Shown in pieces: positions 59,464-64,000 of a stretch of DNA of 64,000 bases (its first letter is position 1; every line of letters begins with the position of its first letter). The DNA comes from Candidatus Krumholzibacteriota bacterium. GTDB lineage: Bacteria > Krumholzibacteriota > Krumholzibacteriia > Krumholzibacteriales > Krumholzibacteriaceae. The notes beneath the pieces were generated by a model that saw only the letters and a program-made list of their open reading frames with translations, did not search any database and had not been told where the DNA came from. The position numbers and the translations under genes are program-made. The DNA lies in NCBI GenBank assembly GCA_016932415.1, contig JAFGCX010000011.1, positions 104,115 to 168,114 of the forward strand. The letters are read 5' to 3'.

Positions 59464-61046
59464 TGGAGGAAAAAGTGATGGATGATTTCCGCGAACTGTT
59501 TGCAAAAATACAGAAAAGCGGGAACAGCCGGGATTATCTCGATATCATGGAGGCTATACTCGAGAACGATCTCGTAGGTTTTGCTGTAATCGACCTTGAT
59601 GGAGAATACAAGGCTTTCAACCGGGGCGCCGAAAAGCTGACGGGGTTCAGCAAGTCGGAACTTCTCGGTTCCAAGCTCGATTCCGCGCTGTATTCTGAAG
59701 AAGACTATGAATCGATAAGGAACGCCCTCTCCGGCGATATAGATATACGGAACAGGGAAATCAAGATAAGGCGGAGCGACGGTCGCGAGAAGGAACTGAT
59801 CTTCTCCATGTCGCCCCAGAGAAACAGTGACGGCGCGATCACCTGCTACCTTCAGATACTGATAGACAACAGCCAGAAAAAGCACCTGCAGGACCTGCTT
59901 CTGCATTCGCAGAAAATGGAGACGATCGGAGAGATGGCGGGGGGGATCGCTCACGATTTCAACAACCTTCTCGAAGGAATCCTCGGCTACACCTCTTTTA
60001 TGATGGACCTTATCGAGCCGGGCCATGAACTCTGGACATATCTCGAGATCGTCGAAAGATCGGCAAGAAAAGCCTCTGAGCTCACGGAGAGGCTGCTGAC
60101 GCTATCCAGCAACCGGACAGCGGAAAAGAGCATCTTAAACTGCAACGCTCTTATTCGTGAAGTGATCAAACTTTTTGAAAAGACGATAGACAAGAAGATC
60201 GTCCTCGAAACGAATCTGTTCAGAAACCTCAAGGCGATCAGCGGATCAGCCACGCAACTGGAGCAGGCCCTGCTCAACATCTGTCTTAACGCGAAAGACG
60301 CGATGCCGGACGGAGGAAAGCTCGTCGTGACTTCGGCCAATATCGAAGTCGACGATTCATATCCGAAAATAAGCCTGTCGATGGCGTATGGAAGTTATGT
60401 GCGGATATCGATATCCGACACGGGGATCGGGATGGATGAGAGAACAGTCGAAAAGATCTTCGAGCCTTTCTTCACTACCAAGGCGAGGGGTGAGGGGACG
60501 GGGCTCGGTTTGAACATGGTGTATGGGATCGTCCATAACCACGGCGGATTCATCGATGTCTACAGCGAGGTCGGCAAAGGTACGACGTTCAATATATACC
60601 TGCGTGCGGAGAAGGACGACCTGCCGGAAGAGAGCGATGAGAGGGAAAGGATAGCGTACAAGCCGGGCGAAGGTCAGACAGTCCTGATCATCGACGATGA
60701 ACCGATGATCCTTGATATCGGAAGCGAGATGCTCGAAAAGCTCGGATACAAAGCACTCACCGCTGTAAATTCCGAGAAGGGGATGAAATATTTCAACGAC
60801 AGGATAGACGAGATATCACTTATTATTCTGGACATCATCATGCCGGGAGAGAATGGCAAGGAAGTGCTGGATAAAATAAGGGAGATCAGGAAGGAGATCC
60901 CGGTGATCCTTTCGAGCGGATACGACAGATCGATACTCGACCGGAAGATCCTCGATGACGCCAATATCCATTTTATGCAGAAGCCCTATTCGATAGGCGA
61001 CCTGGGGCTGATGCTTAACAGAATATTCCTCGATCCCGAAGAATGA
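59463..61046 (+). CDS. Cytoplasmic hybrid sensor histidine kinase (PAS, HisKA, HATPase_c, receiver), paralog of the upstream kinase
   Basis: H-box GGIAHDFNNLLEGI, REC (VLIIDDEPMILD...LIILDIIMPGENG). ATG overlaps the upstream TGA (TGATG). The track starts at GTG 59460. Confidence 0.85.
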   Translation: MEEKVMDDFRELFAKIQKSGNSRDYLDIMEAILENDLVGFAVIDLDGEYKAFNRGAEKLTGFSKSELLGSKLDSALYSEEDYESIRNALSGDIDIRNREIKIRRSDGREKELIFSMSPQRNSDGAITCYLQILIDNSQKKHLQDLLLHSQKMETIGEMAGGIAHDFNNLLEGILGYTSFMMDLIEPGHELWTYLEIVERSARKASELTERLLTLSSNRTAEKSILNCNALIREVIKLFEKTIDKKIVLETNLFRNLKAISGSATQLEQALLNICLNAKDAMPDGGKLVVTSANIEVDDSYPKISLSMAYGSYVRISISDTGIGMDERTVEKIFEPFFTTKARGEGTGLGLNMVYGIVHNHGGFIDVYSEVGKGTTFNIYLRAEKDDLPEESDERERIAYKPGEGQTVLIIDDEPMILDIGSEMLEKLGYKALTAVNSEKGMKYFNDRIDEISLIILDIIMPGENGKEVLDKIREIRKEIPVILSSGYDRSILDRKILDDANIHFMQKPYSIGDLGLMLNRIFLDPEE

Positions 61047-61261
61047 AAGGAGCGCGCAGGAACCAAGGGATCTTCAGGAAGGACCGATACCCCACCAGGA
61101 AAGATATTTTGAGGCGGGAGAGCATCCGCTCGAACGGCCCAGATGATTTTAATGCAATCGGCCCTCGATGCCGGCAGGATACCCCGCCCGGGGGGCGGTG
61201 GGAAGCCCCTTTCGAGGCGCCCGAAAGGCAGGCCGGGCAAGGAAACGATAAGGAGAGAGTG

Positions 61262-62938
61262 ATGGTAAAGAGAAGAGCATTGATGTTGGCCGGCAGTTCT
61301 CTGCTGGTCTTTATTCTCGCCGTGGCGGCCCGCGGAGGTGAGACTGTGAAAGGGAAAAGCATCGAAGAAAGAATGGCCCCGTACGCCCCGGTGGAGTTGA
61401 AAGTCCCGTGGGACCTTCTTGGCGGGAACGAGACGGCTGTCCTTGAGAAGCTTTATCGCGCGTCTAAGGTAATGGACGATATTTTTCTGACGCAGGTGTC
61501 GAAGGATAACGCAGATCTGAGGAAAAAACTTGTGGCTGAGGGCGATGGAAAGAAGCTCAGATTTTTCGACCTGAATTTCGGGCCCTGGGACAGGCTGGAA
61601 GAGCATGAACCTTTTGTCCCGGGCAAGGAAAAACCAGCCGGCGCGAATTTCTATCCCGAGGACATTACAAAGGAAGAATTGGGGAGCTGGCTTGAAGCGC
61701 ATCCGGAAGATGCTGAAAAATTCGAAAGCAACTTCACCGTGATCAGGCGCGGCGAGGACGGAAGCCTGAAAGCGGTTCCGTATTCGGTGGAATACAGGGG
61801 AAAACTCGAGGAAGCGGCAAGATACATGAATGAAGCGGCCGATCTGACCACAAACGTTTCTCTGGCCAGATTTCTAAGATCAAGAGTAGCGGCCTTTTTC
61901 AGTGACGATTATTACCAGTCCGACATGGACTGGATGGATATCACGGACAACCTGATAGATATCACGATAGGGCCGTACGAGGTATACGAGGACAACCTGT
62001 TCAACTACAAGGCGGCATTCGAGTCCTTTTTGTGCATACGCGATCCGGAAGAAAGCAAAAAACTCGACGGGTTGAAACACTATCTCCAGAAAATGGAATT
62101 GAACCTTCCCGTGGAGGACAGGTACAAGAACCTTGACAGGGGAAGCGACTCGCCGATCGCCGTCGTCGACGAGATATTCTCCGCGGGGGATACAAAGGCC
62201 GGAGTACAGACGCTTGCGTTCAATCTTCCGAACGACGAAAGGGTGCGCGAGGCGAAAGGCTGCAAAAAAGTGATGCTACGGAACATGTGCCAGGCGAAGT
62301 TCGAGAAGATCCTCGTTCCGATAGCGGAAAAGGTGATCGATCGGGAGCAGTTGAAATATCTTACTTTCGACGCTTATTTCAACCACATCCTGCTGCATGA
62401 ATTCTCTCATGGACTCGGCCCGGGGATCATAACTCTTGAGGACGGCACGGAAACTACCGTGAATAAGATGTTGAGCAATACGTACTCCGCGATAGAAGAA
62501 GCAAAAGCAGATATTGTGGGAGAGTATAATTTTTATTATCTTATTGATGAAGGGTTCTATGACGACAGGCTGGAAAAAGAGACGGCCGTCTCTTTTCTGG
62601 CAGGGTTCTTCCGCTCGGTCCGATTCGGTGTTGAAGAAGCTCACGGCAGGGCGAACATGATTATCTTCAATTTCATGAAAGAAAAAGGGGCTTACAGCCA
62701 GGATCCGGCAACCGGGCTCTGGTCTGTGGATTTTGCCGCCGCAAAGGACGCGGTCAAAGCGCTGTCGCATGAGATCCTCATGATACAGGCCCGTGGGGAC
62801 TACGAAGAAGCGGCACGATATATAGAAAAATATGGAGAAATGGGCGAGGATGTCACGGCATCGTTGAAGAAGCTCGAAGGCGTCCCCGTCGACATAATAC
62901 CGTCTTTCGAGATAGAAAAGAGGTATGCGGTCAACTGA
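61262..62938 (+). CDS. Secreted DPP III-like (M49-related) zinc metallopeptidase with HExxH and EEAKAD motifs
   Basis: Start moved to MVKRRALMLAGSSLLVFILAVAA (signal peptide) with SD AAGGAGAGAG. Contains HEFSHG and IEEAKAD, resembling the two zinc-binding motifs of DPP III (HExxGH / EExxAE/D) in the pentapeptide HExxH form. Confidence 0.55.
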   Translation: MVKRRALMLAGSSLLVFILAVAARGGETVKGKSIEERMAPYAPVELKVPWDLLGGNETAVLEKLYRASKVMDDIFLTQVSKDNADLRKKLVAEGDGKKLRFFDLNFGPWDRLEEHEPFVPGKEKPAGANFYPEDITKEELGSWLEAHPEDAEKFESNFTVIRRGEDGSLKAVPYSVEYRGKLEEAARYMNEAADLTTNVSLARFLRSRVAAFFSDDYYQSDMDWMDITDNLIDITIGPYEVYEDNLFNYKAAFESFLCIRDPEESKKLDGLKHYLQKMELNLPVEDRYKNLDRGSDSPIAVVDEIFSAGDTKAGVQTLAFNLPNDERVREAKGCKKVMLRNMCQAKFEKILVPIAEKVIDREQLKYLTFDAYFNHILLHEFSHGLGPGIITLEDGTETTVNKMLSNTYSAIEEAKADIVGEYNFYYLIDEGFYDDRLEKETAVSFLAGFFRSVRFGVEEAHGRANMIIFNFMKEKGAYSQDPATGLWSVDFAAAKDAVKALSHEILMIQARGDYEEAARYIEKYGEMGEDVTASLKKLEGVPVDIIPSFEIEKRYAVN

Positions 62939-63138
62939 AGACTAGGCCGGAGATGACCTCCGAAAAGCTGGTCGGCCTTCCGGGGGATTAATGTTGAGAT
63001 ACCGCGTGTCCGGCCACCCCTGTTCAGTTAACTGCAGAGAAGCCCCCAGAGTAGTCACTGGGGGCTTCGAACTGAAAGGGCCGATACGCCCGCGCCGTAA
63101 GCGGCGTAATAAACGCGGGCAAGGAAAGGAGGCTTCAG

Positions 63139-63831
63139 GTGTACAGATCAGGGTTTCTGATGGTGTTTTCTGCCGCGATCCTCGCTGCTTCTTCCCTCGC
63201 TTTTGCCGCTGGAGCGGAGATATCCGTTTCGGGGCAGGGAGAGGCGGCGGTAGTGCCTGACATAGCGAAAATACACTTTTCGATCACGGCCAGAGCGGAT
63301 AAATCTGAAGAAGCGGCGAGGGAAAGCGCCAGGCTTCACGCTGAAGTAGTGAGCGCCCTCAACGCGGCGGGATTTTCGGAAAAAGAGATATTTACTACCC
63401 TGTTCAGGGTCGAACCGGAATATCAGTATTCCGAACAGACAAGGCAGAGAGAACGGAAAGGTTATTCTTCGAGGCAGATGCTCTGGGTGAAGACCGAGGA
63501 CTTCTCGAAGATCGGGAATATCATAGATGCTATTCTTACCTCGGGAGCCGCCGAGATCAATGATATCCAGTATTCATCTTCGAGGATCGATTTTATGAGG
63601 AAGAGAGCCCTGTCCGACGCGATAAGACGGGTCAGGGAGGACGCCGAGACGCTGGCGAGAGAGGCGGGGGGAAGCCTGGGAGAATTGATAGAGATATCGA
63701 CACCCTGCCAGGATGGTCCCGGGATCATCGAAGCAGTGCGGTTTGGCGGGGCGCAGGTACAGGCGCAGCAGGTCCCGGAGGAGATAATAGTAAGGGTCAG
63801 CGTAAGTTGCCGCTGGCGGTTCGTAAAATAA
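63139..63831 (+). CDS. SIMPL-domain (DUF541, YggE-like) periplasmic protein
   Basis: GTG start with SD AAGGAAAGGAGG, signal peptide, SIMPL pattern (VVPDIAKIHFSITARADKSEEAA...). Confidence 0.75.
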   Translation: MYRSGFLMVFSAAILAASSLAFAAGAEISVSGQGEAAVVPDIAKIHFSITARADKSEEAARESARLHAEVVSALNAAGFSEKEIFTTLFRVEPEYQYSEQTRQRERKGYSSRQMLWVKTEDFSKIGNIIDAILTSGAAEINDIQYSSSRIDFMRKRALSDAIRRVREDAETLAREAGGSLGELIEISTPCQDGPGIIEAVRFGGAQVQAQQVPEEIIVRVSVSCRWRFVK

Positions 63832-64000
63832 AGCACTTCCCGGGAGCTAACCGATTCGGAGGACCCCAGCGCCTGATATCCGGCTTTCCCTTATCATCAG
63901 GAGGGCCTCATTCGCCGCCTCAAGGGGAAAAAGAGTCGTATCGGTCCTTATCGGTATCGAAGCGGCAAGAACAAGAAGCTCTTGACCGTCACGCCGGGTC

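Overview
This 64 kb window is a gene-dense bacterial chromosomal segment centred on the replication origin. I could not compute GC content. I found no mobile elements, CRISPR arrays, rRNA or tRNA genes. The core order rsmG-mnmG-mnmE-jag-yidC-yidD-rnpA-rpmH | dnaA-dnaN-recF-dciA-gyrB-gyrA, with a strand switch at ~40.3-40.7 kb, is the canonical oriC neighbourhood. Perfect and near-perfect DnaA boxes flank dnaA on both sides. To the left, all on the minus strand, are a parAB operon extended by an LmdC-like M23 peptidase and a bactofilin, preceded by two perfect 16-bp parS palindromes. A Firmicute-like run ftsE-ftsX-envC-holB-ricT-metG ends in a TatD-radical SAM fusion gene truncated by the window edge. 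Also on the left are pdxA, three tandem SurA/parvulin PPIases, mfd, a MoxR-DUF58-vWA (Bat-like) module, an S9 peptidase, ettA and a large subtilase-beta-propeller protein. To the right of oriC come hflX, an aldehyde dehydrogenase, an M20 peptidase, two tandem cytoplasmic hybrid histidine kinases, a DPP III-like metallopeptidase and a SIMPL protein. Two secreted proteins carry a T9SS/Por-secretion-tail-like C-terminal domain ending in (K/R)(M/I)ILLR, which suggests an FCB-superphylum-like or candidate-phylum organism. Candidate regulatory elements include a sigma54-type -24/-12 promoter with upstream palindromes in front of an hsp20 gene, and several Rho-independent terminators. Coordinates follow the supplied ORF track, but several starts were moved to internal Met codons that match family N-termini and have SD-like sequences; dnaA, recF, dnaN and the SIMPL gene appear to use ATG/TTG/GTG starts as indicated.
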